Positions 48,301 through 57,277 of a stretch of DNA of 64,000 nt are shown one piece after another. The first letter of the stretch is position 1. Each line of letters starts with the position of its first letter. Location of the stretch: positions 1 to 64,000 of IMG/VR virus record IMGVR_UViG_3300046311_000263. One strand, given 5' to 3'. The notes beneath the pieces are model-generated. The model did no database searches. It was given only the letters and a program-made list of their open reading frames with translations, and was not told the origin of the DNA. Source of the stretch: a virus. The position numbers and the translations under genes were made by a program.

Positions 48301-51300
48301 ACCATCTTCGGCCTTAGATAGTTTATTATCAATACCTAGTTTAACCTCTCTGTAGGCTAAAGCTGCTGAACGTAGTTGGTCAAAATAATCTAACTCTAGC
48401 TTTGATAAAGATATTCTTTCTTGCTCTTTAGCATAGTACTCTTCCGAAATTAAATTTCTTTGTTGTAAGCTGGATAATTCTTGTAGTCTAAGATCGGATT
48501 CTTGCAGTAAACTTTCTTTTGTAATACTACCTACTTGATTTAATCTGTCTGTCTGTATAGCCCTAAGTTGAGTCTCAAACTCAAAACTCTTAGTATAGTA
48601 ATTATCATTGATCTGGCTACGTTTTTGCGCAGCCTCTCTCTCCGCTAAGCCTTTATCTGCTTCTACAGACTTAATTTTTTCAGCTATTTTACCGTCTCTG
48701 TCTCCAGCTGTTTTTCTTACTTTTTCTAGTTGATCTAATTCAGATTGAAGCTTTATTTTTTGCTTGAGTTCATCGCTAGCTACCTTATCTAACTCAAATT
48801 GTTTTTGCTTTTCTAAGGTGAAATTACCTGCTACTCCTAATAAGGACGCGTAACTACCTAGAGCGGCACTATCAATATTAGATTGCTTATCTTTAGAAAC
48901 GGCAATATCTACTTCGGCCGCTGCCTTTATTGCCACGGATTCTAGAGAGTTTTGTAACAATTTACCAAACTCTGCTGCTTTAAGTTTAACTAACTCTAGT
49001 TGTTTATTAAGCGTTTGTGCCACATATGTCTGCAATATAGCGGCCCCACCTGCTTCGTCTGGATTATTACTAGACATTGCTGCTGTAATACTTTTAATAT
49101 TACCGGATTTCTTTAAAGCTTCTGCTATTCCTAATTGTTTTAGTGACGCAACAATTTGAGCTAGTTGTGCTCTATCTTCATCATTTTTGTTATTTTTCGC
49201 GTTTAATAGCTTTTCTTTTTCAGTTAAAACTAATTTCTCTAGTTGTAGACTTAAATTAGTAGTAGCTTCTACGTTAGCATATAAAGCATTCACAGATGAA
49301 ACCTGTGCAGCTGTTTCCGCTTTAATTACTTCGCGATCTCTTGCTGTAGTATCTACGCCTAGATTTTTAGCAGCAGATAGCGCTGATTTTTGTACCTCTA
49401 AACCAGCTTGTCTTATACCAACACTAAAGGATTGTAGAAGTTTCTCGTTTCCTTTTACAACAAGCTCTTGCCCTATTCTTGCGAATTCGGCATTTTTTGC
49501 GGAAATTACTCCTAATAGTCTTGCTTCGTCTCTTTGTAGTCTATCAAGTTCCGCTGAGGCAGTACTGCGTACTTTAGTGGTACTTCCCGTACGGCTTAAC
49601 TTTTCAGTCTCTCTAATTTTATCTCTTAATTCACCAAGAGATTTAAGTAGGGCGTCTATATTATTTTTACTATTTAGTAGTAATGTAACCGAATCAGTAG
49701 GTAGGATACTAAGCGAGTTAATATCCTTAAGAAGTACGCTTATTCCAACAAGGCCTTTTTGTGGATCTTTTAAGGCTTCGTTAAAGCTTTTGCCTGCATT
49801 AACGGCTAAGGTACCAATTTTAGACATTTCGTCCTTAGGTAACAATTTGGCCATTGAAGATGACATCTCTGTAGATAGCTGGTCTAAGCCGCTCTTAAAT
49901 GAAGTCAGTGCCGCGGCGGAAGTGTTAACTTCCCCACTAATAAGCTTAAACACCGAACCTACTTCTTTAGAAGTAGCCAGGGCGTCTTTTAGATCTAGAT
50001 CGTCAATAAATTCTGCTACTGCTTCTTTATCTCCTATATCTATACCCTTAAATAATTTGGAAATCTTTCTTTCTGCTTTTGCCTTAATTTTAGGGTCTTC
50101 AATAGCATCTAAAGAAGCTAAGATAGAAGTTGCTAGACTATTACCTAAATCATCGGTTGCAGAAAAACCAAATATATCAAGGAACTTATCCTTGAATCTA
50201 TCGTAGGTTCTTTGGCTATCAACTAGCTTCTGTAAACCAGAGATAACACTTTCCACAGCATCCGAAACACCTAGCAATGAAGTAGCTAGAGCTTGGCTGC
50301 TTTCGGTACTAATTTTGTCTGCAGCACTCTTTTTAGCAATAGCTTGTAAAGAACTCTGTACTGTAGTAGAAGCACTATTTAAGGTTTCTAAAGAGTTTGA
50401 GTAGTCTTCTAATTGCTTAGCTGACTGAGAAAATACAGAGTCAAGAATCTGAAAAGCTGCTGCAACAATACCCGCGTACATAAACATACTACCAAGTGAG
50501 CTTATAAGAGTACCTGCCGCTTGACCAACAATTCTAAACGCTCCTGCCGATTTAGTAAGAACAGCATTAAAATTGGTCATATTCTTACGACCGTCTTCAA
50601 ACTTTTTACCTGTTATATCTATACCGTTTTGTGCGTCTCTAACGTTAGCATTTAATTCTCTAAGCGCTCCGGCCACTCCTAGAATAGGGGCCTTATCAGT
50701 TATATTATTTAATATATCTAATCTTTGGGATTTTTGTGAGGCTTTATTAGCAATACGCTCTTGCTGAGCGGTTACTGAAAAATACTCCTTTAACTTTGCA
50801 GGCCTATCTTCAATTAATTTGTCTAACTGTGTTTCCGAAACTAATTGTTCTTTTTTTGCAGCTATAATAGCTCGTATACCTGCAACTTCGTCAAGTCTAG
50901 CTTGTTTAGTTTTATCTGTTAAATTACTACGCGATAGAATATTATCTATACGCTGAGCCTGCTTATCTAGCTTATCAATCTCTTCTTGGGATGCTAAAGC
51001 TCCAGAGGTAGGTAATATTTCTACCGTTCCTTTTAAGGCTTTCTTAAGATCTAACTTATTTATAGCTGCCTGTGCGGAAGCCTTAGCTTGCTCTAATTTA
51101 GTAATTAGAGGGGCTATTATTTTATCTTCTTTATCTATTTCACGAAGTCTTGCAGCCTGCTTTCTAGCATTAGCACTTTCAATAACAAACTTACGCTGAG
51201 ATTCGGCAGCTTTATCTAGCCTAGCTCTCCAGTCTGTTAATGCAGGAATAGCTTGCTTTAATAAAATACTGGCTATACCCGCTAAAGCCACACTTAAAGC

Positions 51301-52206
51301 GGCAGGACTAGCATTCAATATACTAAGAACTGGAGATAAAGCAGTATTTAATAACTGCCCGAAAGCAATACTTAAGTTCTGTACTGTAGCTAGAAGTTTT
51401 GAGTAGGGGTTAGCCGCTAAATCAATAGCTCCGAATTTAGCTTCACCTTGTGCTAGTACAGCATTCGCGAATGCTTGTCTACGCTCAAAATCTGTTAAGC
51501 TAGTAGAAGTCTTACCAATGCTAGATGCGTACTTACGGGTTGCATCGTCTAGACGTACCATAATACCGATTTCATCTAATAGTTCGGGTTCTAGCTTTGT
51601 AATACCTCGGGTAAGACGGTTAACCGCATCAGGCATAGATACACCTAACGCCTGGGAAGCAGTCTTAGCAACTTTACCTAAACGTAATATATTAGTTGCA
51701 CTCAATCCTCCGGCGCTAGCATTAGCGGTCGATCTAAGAGCATCTTCTAACGAAATAGCACCGTCAGTAACTTTTACTAAGTCTTTGGCTAGAGAACCTA
51801 GATTTTTACCAGATGCGGCACCTAACTGATCTAAGCCTTTTACTAGGTTAGATACGTCTGCCGCTTTTGACAAGGCGCTGAAAGCAGCTGTAGCCGCAAA
51901 TAAGTTTGCAGCAAACGTAGCGTAAACCTGTACAAGGCCGCCAAGTCCCTGAGATTGCTTAGCAAAATCTCGACCAGCAGCACCAGTACCTGGACCAATA
52001 CTGCGAGTAAGACCAGACGCTTCACCGTCTTCTCTGCCACGCGCAGACGCAGCTACGCCGCGCCTAGCTGCCTGTACAGCAGGAGACACAGAACTAGCGG
52101 ATGCTGCAGCCCTTCTTAATTCGGCTGTTAACGCTTTGGCTTCATCAGTAGTCCTACCAATAGAGCCGTTATCGGTAAGATTAATATTTACATTTGCTGT
52201 TGCCAT
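45397..52206 (-). CDS. tape measure protein (T5 pb2-like)
   Basis: 2269-aa helical A/L/K-rich ORF; GLGGLVQVYATFAANLFA and KLEPELLDEIGI T5-like motifs; follows the chaperones. Confidence 0.93.
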   Translation of the reverse strand: MATANVNINLTDNGSIGRTTDEAKALTAELRRAAASASSVSPAVQAARRGVAASARGREDGEASGLTRSIGPGTGAAGRDFAKQSQGLGGLVQVYATFAANLFAATAAFSALSKAADVSNLVKGLDQLGAASGKNLGSLAKDLVKVTDGAISLEDALRSTANASAGGLSATNILRLGKVAKTASQALGVSMPDAVNRLTRGITKLEPELLDEIGIMVRLDDATRKYASSIGKTSTSLTDFERRQAFANAVLAQGEAKFGAIDLAANPYSKLLATVQNLSIAFGQLLNTALSPVLSILNASPAALSVALAGIASILLKQAIPALTDWRARLDKAAESQRKFVIESANARKQAARLREIDKEDKIIAPLITKLEQAKASAQAAINKLDLKKALKGTVEILPTSGALASQEEIDKLDKQAQRIDNILSRSNLTDKTKQARLDEVAGIRAIIAAKKEQLVSETQLDKLIEDRPAKLKEYFSVTAQQERIANKASQKSQRLDILNNITDKAPILGVAGALRELNANVRDAQNGIDITGKKFEDGRKNMTNFNAVLTKSAGAFRIVGQAAGTLISSLGSMFMYAGIVAAAFQILDSVFSQSAKQLEDYSNSLETLNSASTTVQSSLQAIAKKSAADKISTESSQALATSLLGVSDAVESVISGLQKLVDSQRTYDRFKDKFLDIFGFSATDDLGNSLATSILASLDAIEDPKIKAKAERKISKLFKGIDIGDKEAVAEFIDDLDLKDALATSKEVGSVFKLISGEVNTSAAALTSFKSGLDQLSTEMSSSMAKLLPKDEMSKIGTLAVNAGKSFNEALKDPQKGLVGISVLLKDINSLSILPTDSVTLLLNSKNNIDALLKSLGELRDKIRETEKLSRTGSTTKVRSTASAELDRLQRDEARLLGVISAKNAEFARIGQELVVKGNEKLLQSFSVGIRQAGLEVQKSALSAAKNLGVDTTARDREVIKAETAAQVSSVNALYANVEATTNLSLQLEKLVLTEKEKLLNAKNNKNDEDRAQLAQIVASLKQLGIAEALKKSGNIKSITAAMSSNNPDEAGGAAILQTYVAQTLNKQLELVKLKAAEFGKLLQNSLESVAIKAAAEVDIAVSKDKQSNIDSAALGSYASLLGVAGNFTLEKQKQFELDKVASDELKQKIKLQSELDQLEKVRKTAGDRDGKIAEKIKSVEADKGLAEREAAQKRSQINDNYYTKSFEFETQLRAIQTDRLNQVGSITKESLLQESDLRLQELSSLQQRNLISEEYYAKEQERISLSKLELDYFDQLRSAALAYREVKLGIDNKLSKAEDGSREKQFLEAEAAAAQAAYATQVSGITRINAFKVSGIELTKQQTDEQIKLNLELKNQEDIIKGLEVVFGSLGSAVGDLAASMFEATKKSEELTKQRDNEKIGKSAEEQAEIEDKFAKKRVKLEDETAIKAIGSTKKLFKEKTAAYKLFAGLEKGLAAIKLANSIREMVMDASATVSAVANSTTRATVKGKEAVVDSMKDSPWFMKIAIGALVAAAVASVLGGGSSVNIKAGSSAADRQETQGTGMSWVDGKKVENGGGVFGDADAKSKSIQNSLDRIKETSIEGLTYDSKTVKLLESINEAIGGAARNLYGVAGLRTGTGFGTKESTKTSGITGLFGSTTSKNIIDSGVKFVGSFIDLALNKAGSIQQYETLQTTKKKSGFLGIGGSTSVKTSDQFKDLDAGVAAEISNIFSNATDLFLELGDKLGRAKEDILAGLASVPVAMLASLRGLKGAELEEELGNIISAMMDSAAGAVFDSLLQYRKFGEGMAETVLRVLDTNEKVLLSFKSLGIDSVSALSEIISEGITTEQIKLKSIEITEALASLAGGLDEFLDKQRFFLDNFLSEAERLAPIQKDLTERLAELGLSSIDTKEEFKALTLTLAKDLSNPSARELYNTLLDLAPAFAKVYESAQEALSVLEMRQKVEAQQIKILELLGDEESQLKIVAIRRAAEIEELKKYPAAQSEILIANQEYIYALEDEKRSKDKLIKQRDALDKLSKSLQTSLDSLTNYREVLLAGDKSILTPLQKYQEVQSEFERLRAVAASTTSSEEEKTKALSELPTAADKFLDSSRLLFASGDKYITDFNSVLNTLDSNTSILSEQKSAADMQLEEIKTSNLILDSIDDTSKLNIDYTRQLINELQAQKIVSDEAKLVSDSAMLVWQQDMLAAVTVQPPVPQITIDLQPLVNEIVGLKEALRLLREEQEAQTNAIIITNDQSTQAAAVVIAKTVEETSKEEFWRTQTEYQGS

Positions 52207-52261
52207 AATCTCTCTTTATTCAATGTGCCGAAAAAATTCGTCACCACTTTAGCATGCTCCA

Positions 52262-52290
52262 ATTATATCACTATACCAACGCGGTGTCAA
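52262..52290 (-). promoter_or_regulatory. consensus late promoter for the tape measure gene
   Basis: TTGACA-17bp-TATAAT. Confidence 0.85.
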
Positions 52291-52310
52291 TAAGTAAAAT
52301 TTTAGAGCAT

Positions 52311-52346
52311 AAAAAAACCCCGTAAGTTTTATCTTACGGGGTTTTT
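52311..52346 (-). terminator. intrinsic terminator
   Basis: AAAAACCCCGTAAG-loop-CTTACGGGGTTTTT. Confidence 0.8.
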
Positions 52347-52727
52347 AGTTTCTGGCTTCTTACTCTCGCTAAACATCTTTTTACGTATAGCATCGATTAC
52401 ACTTACCATATCGAAAGTAAAACGTCGATCCTCCTCCGGTACTTCTAGAATATTAAATATATCCACTATACCGTTAAAATTCTTACCTAGATACCTACCA
52501 TTAAAGTAGTCCCAATCATCTTTTAGTTTATCATAAAGATATAAAATATGCTGGACGCTAGGATGTAGATCGGAGTACTCTATAGGCATGTCCTCTTCTC
52601 TAATAGCTTCTCCTAGAGCTTCGCAGGCTTGTATATAACCCTCACGGGTCATACCAAGCTTGCTATTTTCAAAATAAGAAGTTAAGTCAGCAGTTACTTG
52701 GTTTCGCTGCGCTTCGAAAAGTTTCCC
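52329..52727 (-). CDS. tail assembly chaperone, -1 frameshift extension (GT-type)
   Basis: Frame is open from the GGGAAAC slippery site through the 52652 ORF. Confidence 0.8.
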   Translation of the reverse strand, partial: GKLFEAQRNQVTADLTSYFENSKLGMTREGYIQACEALGEAIREEDMPIEYSDLHPSVQHILYLYDKLKDDWDYFNGRYLGKNFNGIVDIFNILEVPEEDRRFTFDMVSVIDAIRKKMFSESKKPETKNPVR

Positions 52728-53113
52728 AGTTCTGTCACAATTTCAGAAACAAATGCGTCGAAATTAGAAGACGATTGCATTAGGAACAATGCGTTTTCGT
52801 CGGTGAAGTCTAATTCAGATTCTTTATCATTAGTACCTAGATCTACCGGAGCTAGCTGCTCTAGATAAGACAGCTTAAGGCCCTTCCAGCCCTTAATAGC
52901 TGCAGCTACGTATAGCTGTAAGAATAACTTGTCATCTAATTCTTCAATTTGCTGACGATTCTTGAATACCTGCTTGGTAGATTTCTTGCGAATGTTAATT
53001 AACGTTTCGCGAGATAGGAACGATAGATTCAATGTGAAGCCCGGCATACCTGGGTAGTCAACTTCCACGCTCTTGCTTGGAACTAACAGGGTCTTCAGTG
53101 ATAATTGTGACAT
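52694..53113 (-). CDS. tail assembly chaperone (G-type)
   Basis: AAAGGA RBS before ATG 53113; IKGWKGL; lies between the major tail and tape measure genes. Confidence 0.85.
   Translation of the reverse strand: MSQLSLKTLLVPSKSVEVDYPGMPGFTLNLSFLSRETLINIRKKSTKQVFKNRQQIEELDDKLFLQLYVAAAIKGWKGLKLSYLEQLAPVDLGTNDKESELDFTDENALFLMQSSSNFDAFVSEIVTELGNFSKRSETK
52721..52727 (-). promoter_or_regulatory. programmed -1 ribosomal frameshift heptamer G-GGA-AAC
   Basis: XXXYYYZ site in the correct phase near the chaperone 3' end. Confidence 0.85.
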
Positions 53114-53143
53114 ATTGGATTTTATCCTTTTGTAATGGTATGG

Positions 53144-53172
53144 AAAAAGAAGGGTGGTGATCAAGCCACCCC
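53144..53172 (-). terminator. terminator after the major tail gene
   Basis: GGGTGG-loop-CCACCC followed by TTCTTTTT. Confidence 0.7.
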
Positions 53173-53183
53173 TGTAAAACTAA

Positions 53184-54614
53184 TCAGGCAGAGAAGTAAC
53201 GAATACGTAGATCGTTAGCAGCTGCAATATCGTAAATAGCTGTAGCTCCTGCAATGTTGCTGTGTCCCTGCGCGGTAAAATTAATAGTAGTGGAAATAAC
53301 GTCAGCAGTTTCTACTGTAGGTACTTGTAGTAAGCAACCTGGCATTAACACTTCTACCTTAGTAAGGTTAGCTAAGCCGCCGATTTCAATCTGAGTGTAA
53401 AACTTAGTTTCCGAAGCGTTTAGGGTCAGAATGTCCTTTAGTAGCTGCGCTGATAGGTTTGTACCTACTCTTAAATACGCAGTAACGTTACCACTGATAG
53501 AACGCGAACCAGTAAAGTAACCAATAGGCTCGTTAACAACTCCAAGGTTACTAGGAGTAATATAGTTAACGTTGTTGGCGATAGTAATATTACCACCTGT
53601 CAACGCTACTGTGTAAGTAGTACCACCACTTCCACCAATGTTACCCTTTAGCTGCATTGTGGACAGCTTATTAGTAATATAGTTAGCAGTAGTTTCCTTG
53701 GCTTTAGCAGTACCTGTAGCTAAACCGGTTCCACCGAATACGGCAGGGTTAGCTGTAGAGATAGTAGCAGTATCAATATAGTTAAGCTTAGTGCCCTTGA
53801 TAGTCCAAGCAATCGTTGCAATACCGTCTAGTGAGAAGTCGATTGACGCCTGATCTACAACGCAGTTGTCGATGGCGTATACTGCGTTATCTACTAAGAA
53901 AATCATACCAAACTTTTGTAGCTGGTTCTTATTAGATAGAGCTGAAGTTACTTGACCGAACGCAGCGTTACCTGCTTGGGCGATATTATCTGTCCATGCT
54001 GAAGTGTTAAACTTAACAGCAGTAGTTGCACTAGGGGCTGCGCTTGTAGGAGCATCTAGGTAAGTTAATACGATGCTGGTAGCGGTTAGAGTTTTAACCC
54101 TTGCTGGGGCGTTATAGTCGGGGCCAGAGGCGCCTGTAAAGCCGCTCATGTTGTATACTTCACCTACCACAACACCAGCAAAGGTCATCGCAGTTCCAGC
54201 AATAGTAAGTTCGCCAGTACCAGCGCTATAAGTAGTTGCCAGGGTTACTGTACCACCTAGAGCTACCGAAGTGCCCATAGCTACATCGGAGAATATTGCG
54301 TTCCATAGAACGCTTTCTTCTGCATTAACGGAGGTAGAGGGTTTGTGAGGGCGAATATATGTAGAGAAAGTAATATCTACCGGATCTAGAGTAACGTTGA
54401 ATGCTCTCTGTCCACGAACAGGGGCGCTACCTGCTTCAGCAATCTGAATGGTAGTTTGCTGAGTTGACTGTGTAAAGCTAAATCCGTCTAATACCTGAAT
54501 TTCAGTGGTATTAGCGCTGGTAACTGTGGCACCGGAACGTTCAATAACACCAGTACTGGCGTTTACGTTTGTAGTGAAGAATAGTCTACTATTACGTACT
54601 AAGTTAAATGACAT
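53184..54614 (-). CDS. major tail tube protein (T5 pb6-like)
   Basis: NLVRNSRLF, EIQVLDGFSFTQ, FSTYIRP, FTGSRSISG; TAAGGA RBS. Confidence 0.9.
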   Translation of the reverse strand: MSFNLVRNSRLFFTTNVNASTGVIERSGATVTSANTTEIQVLDGFSFTQSTQQTTIQIAEAGSAPVRGQRAFNVTLDPVDITFSTYIRPHKPSTSVNAEESVLWNAIFSDVAMGTSVALGGTVTLATTYSAGTGELTIAGTAMTFAGVVVGEVYNMSGFTGASGPDYNAPARVKTLTATSIVLTYLDAPTSAAPSATTAVKFNTSAWTDNIAQAGNAAFGQVTSALSNKNQLQKFGMIFLVDNAVYAIDNCVVDQASIDFSLDGIATIAWTIKGTKLNYIDTATISTANPAVFGGTGLATGTAKAKETTANYITNKLSTMQLKGNIGGSGGTTYTVALTGGNITIANNVNYITPSNLGVVNEPIGYFTGSRSISGNVTAYLRVGTNLSAQLLKDILTLNASETKFYTQIEIGGLANLTKVEVLMPGCLLQVPTVETADVISTTINFTAQGHSNIAGATAIYDIAAANDLRIRYFSA

Positions 54615-54715
54615 AATGTCTTCCTTATTTATTGTATATACGTTAGTACGCTAACTAGATAATTATCTGTGATTGGTACATGTGTATATATTTTCGTACT
54701 AAGAGGTACGATAAC

Positions 54716-55159
54716 TCATTTCATTATTTGGTAGCGTACAAGGAGATTTATCTCTCCTACGCCGTACGGAGCAAGTAGTCCTTCATCCGTAGTAATAGAG
54801 GTTATAGAAATTTCGGAAGTAGTATGGTTATTAGTAGAGTCGTAGGTTATAACACCCAGAGTACTGTCTAATACTTTTTCTACATCCTCTAGTAATAATT
54901 CTAGCTCGTCTTGAGGGTTCTCTCCCTTAGTGTACACTTTTATAGATACACTAAGGAAGCCCCAGGAGAAGTTGGAAGGCATATAGTCTCTCGATTCAGA
55001 CCCTGCAACTACATATACGCAGGGAAAATCATTGACTTCGTCCCAGAATTTTAACTTTGCGAATACATTACCATACAGATTAGAAGTATATGTAGAGTTT
55101 CCATCAATCACCTTTAACTGTTCAGTTATTGCTTTTACAATACTTGTTCTTTTACTCAT
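54716..55159 (-). CDS. tail terminator protein (T5 p142-like)
   Basis: KFWDEVNDFP, ITTDEGLL.PYG; synteny. Confidence 0.8.
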   Translation of the reverse strand: MSKRTSIVKAITEQLKVIDGNSTYTSNLYGNVFAKLKFWDEVNDFPCVYVVAGSESRDYMPSNFSWGFLSVSIKVYTKGENPQDELELLLEDVEKVLDSTLGVITYDSTNNHTTSEISITSITTDEGLLAPYGVGEINLLVRYQIMK

Positions 55160-56622
55160 ACTAGTACTGCCCTTAGTCTATTACCTACCTGCTCAGCGGC
55201 TATATCTCGTACACTTCTAGAAATTAACAACTTAGGGTCTCTTGTTTTGGGAAATTCTTGACGCCCTCCTTGAGAGAACGTAGCATAAGGATTGCGCATA
55301 TAACTATAAAACGCTGTAACCATTCCAGCTCTGGATTCGCTTAGGCGCTCTACTCTCACGGACTCAGCAAATCTACCTGATTGTAGATTAAGTACGTTTG
55401 AGGAGCTTCCGTCGCCCATGTTCTGTTTAACTTGCTGAACTATATTAGCTTGTAGTAGTACAAGTAAGCTTGGTAGGCTAATTAAACTGGTTGTACTGAT
55501 AGAGTTTATAGCTTGTACAACTGGACTCGCTGAACTAGTTGTTTTTAATTTAGCTTTAATACCTTTTAACTTAGATATTAAAGTCTTATTATTAGCTGGC
55601 TTATCAACTTTAATAGTTCTAGCAGCTATTTTTGTTTTAGGTACTCTATAAACTTTTTTACTTACGGGAGTACCTTCTACAATATTAGCTAGTTTTTGTG
55701 CTAGTAAATCTATGAAAGAAGGAGATCCTTTGGTATTTAATAGAGATTCACCTAAAGCTGGAGACTTAGCTATAACCGCTTCCAGATCTTTATTATTGAC
55801 AGAAAATATAGAGCGCAATTCCGTAACGGCTAATATTGACTTTCTACCAGATTCTTGGTTCAAGGCCTGGCCTTGTATTTCTACTAAATATTTGTCAGAG
55901 CTTTTAATGTAGCTTGCGTATAGTTCCTGATTTACAGCGTCCGGTAGGTTAGCCGAAGCTAAGTCGTCCGCCTGTAATTTAGCAATATATTTATCTAGGA
56001 CTTCTACCAGAAGCTTTCGCTGACCTTCTGCTAACTCGGTAGCAGAAGCAACTTTATCTCTAAATTCTTTAGATAAGTTAGTAGCAATACTAACTACGTG
56101 ACCTTTGTTAAAATACTTACCAAAACCTATTTCTTTAGCTGCCTTTTCTATAGCGTTAAAACGCTTTTTACGTTCTGCCGCTGATATTGATTTATCTGCC
56201 GCTAAGGAGGCTTTGTTTTCTAACTCAAATTTATCTCTAGCTTCAAAGTAGGCTTCTTGTACATCGTCGTACTCATCTATTAAATCTCTAACTTTTGTAG
56301 AAATAGTATCAAAGCCAATAGAGTCAAACTTTACTGCTCTATCTTTACCGTTTATCTTAATAATAGAGTTTGGAGTCTTATCTCCTGCGGCTATTTTGTC
56401 AATAAATAATTTAGCTTCAAAACTAGGTAGTGACTTACCCGTAATAGTTTTAAATATATCTTGTACGTTTTTCTCAGATAATATAAAAGACGTCTTGCTA
56501 GCACTCTGCTGACTGGCACGTAGAGCATCTACTGTGCTATTAACTATATTAGCGTCCAGTTTTTCTAGCCAGTCTGTATAGACTTTGCTCTTAATTACAG
56601 CGCTAAATGCATCAACAGACAT
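55156..56622 (-). CDS. tail completion protein (T5 p143-like C-terminus) with long N-terminal region
   Basis: LNLQSGRFAESV, YSYMRNPY, RDPKLLISRSVRDIA; synteny. Confidence 0.7.
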   Translation of the reverse strand: MSVDAFSAVIKSKVYTDWLEKLDANIVNSTVDALRASQQSASKTSFILSEKNVQDIFKTITGKSLPSFEAKLFIDKIAAGDKTPNSIIKINGKDRAVKFDSIGFDTISTKVRDLIDEYDDVQEAYFEARDKFELENKASLAADKSISAAERKKRFNAIEKAAKEIGFGKYFNKGHVVSIATNLSKEFRDKVASATELAEGQRKLLVEVLDKYIAKLQADDLASANLPDAVNQELYASYIKSSDKYLVEIQGQALNQESGRKSILAVTELRSIFSVNNKDLEAVIAKSPALGESLLNTKGSPSFIDLLAQKLANIVEGTPVSKKVYRVPKTKIAARTIKVDKPANNKTLISKLKGIKAKLKTTSSASPVVQAINSISTTSLISLPSLLVLLQANIVQQVKQNMGDGSSSNVLNLQSGRFAESVRVERLSESRAGMVTAFYSYMRNPYATFSQGGRQEFPKTRDPKLLISRSVRDIAAEQVGNRLRAVLV

Positions 56623-57192
56623 TTAATCATAACTCCCTCGATATAGATCAAGCACGCGCTTAATATGTGCAGGTAAATTAGTGCTGGTTACGTACTCTAT
56701 CTGTACTGAATTTGTACCTGGAGCCTTAGGGCTATGAATAGCCATGTCGTTCTTTAGATAGTATCCAACTAAGTCTAATACTGCTACTTTTAAATCTTCA
56801 GGTAGTATTTCGTAGCCGCCTGTATAAGTTATCTTGTATCCGTTTATGTACTTAGGGAACGTTTCCGAAGCTGTACAATATAAAGCGTCGTCTTCCTGGT
56901 CAAATACATATTGGTTATACAGTTCTAATTCTGTGTAGGTCTGACCGTAATCGTAACTAATCTCAACGGAGGATAAATTAATTACAGGATATTCTTTTAG
57001 ATATATCTTAGAGCTTCCATTACCGCTAGTAACTTCAATTTTAGCGTCTGAAACATAATCCACAAAAGTTCTACGACATAGATTCTTTACTAGTGCAGAA
57101 ACTTTAGGAATTACGTTGTTAATTGCGGCATCTTGAGTACTACTAGATATACCAGCGTATGCCTTATATTCTGCTAGAGTAACTAGATCCAT
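56623..57192 (-). CDS. head completion / head-tail adaptor
   Basis: LVTLAEYK, YTGGY..LPEDLK.A, LPAHIKRVLDLYR. Confidence 0.85.
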   Translation of the reverse strand: MDLVTLAEYKAYAGISSSTQDAAINNVIPKVSALVKNLCRRTFVDYVSDAKIEVTSGNGSSKIYLKEYPVINLSSVEISYDYGQTYTELELYNQYVFDQEDDALYCTASETFPKYINGYKITYTGGYEILPEDLKVAVLDLVGYYLKNDMAIHSPKAPGTNSVQIEYVTSTNLPAHIKRVLDLYRGSYD

Positions 57193-57245
57193 TTTTATTA
57201 TCCTTTAGTGTCTTTTATAAACTGTCATATCTGGACAGTTTATAA

Positions 57246-57271
57246 AAGACAAGGGCCGAAGCCCTTGTCTT
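57246..57271 (-). terminator. terminator after the capsid gene
   Basis: AAGACAAGGGC-TTCG-GCCCTTGTCTT followed by TT. Confidence 0.8.
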
Positions 57272-57277
57272 AAGATA

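Noticed and set aside
49187-50206. 339-aa + strand ORF
   Set aside because: Antisense shadow of the tape measure gene; S/L/F-rich mirror composition, no RBS or motifs.
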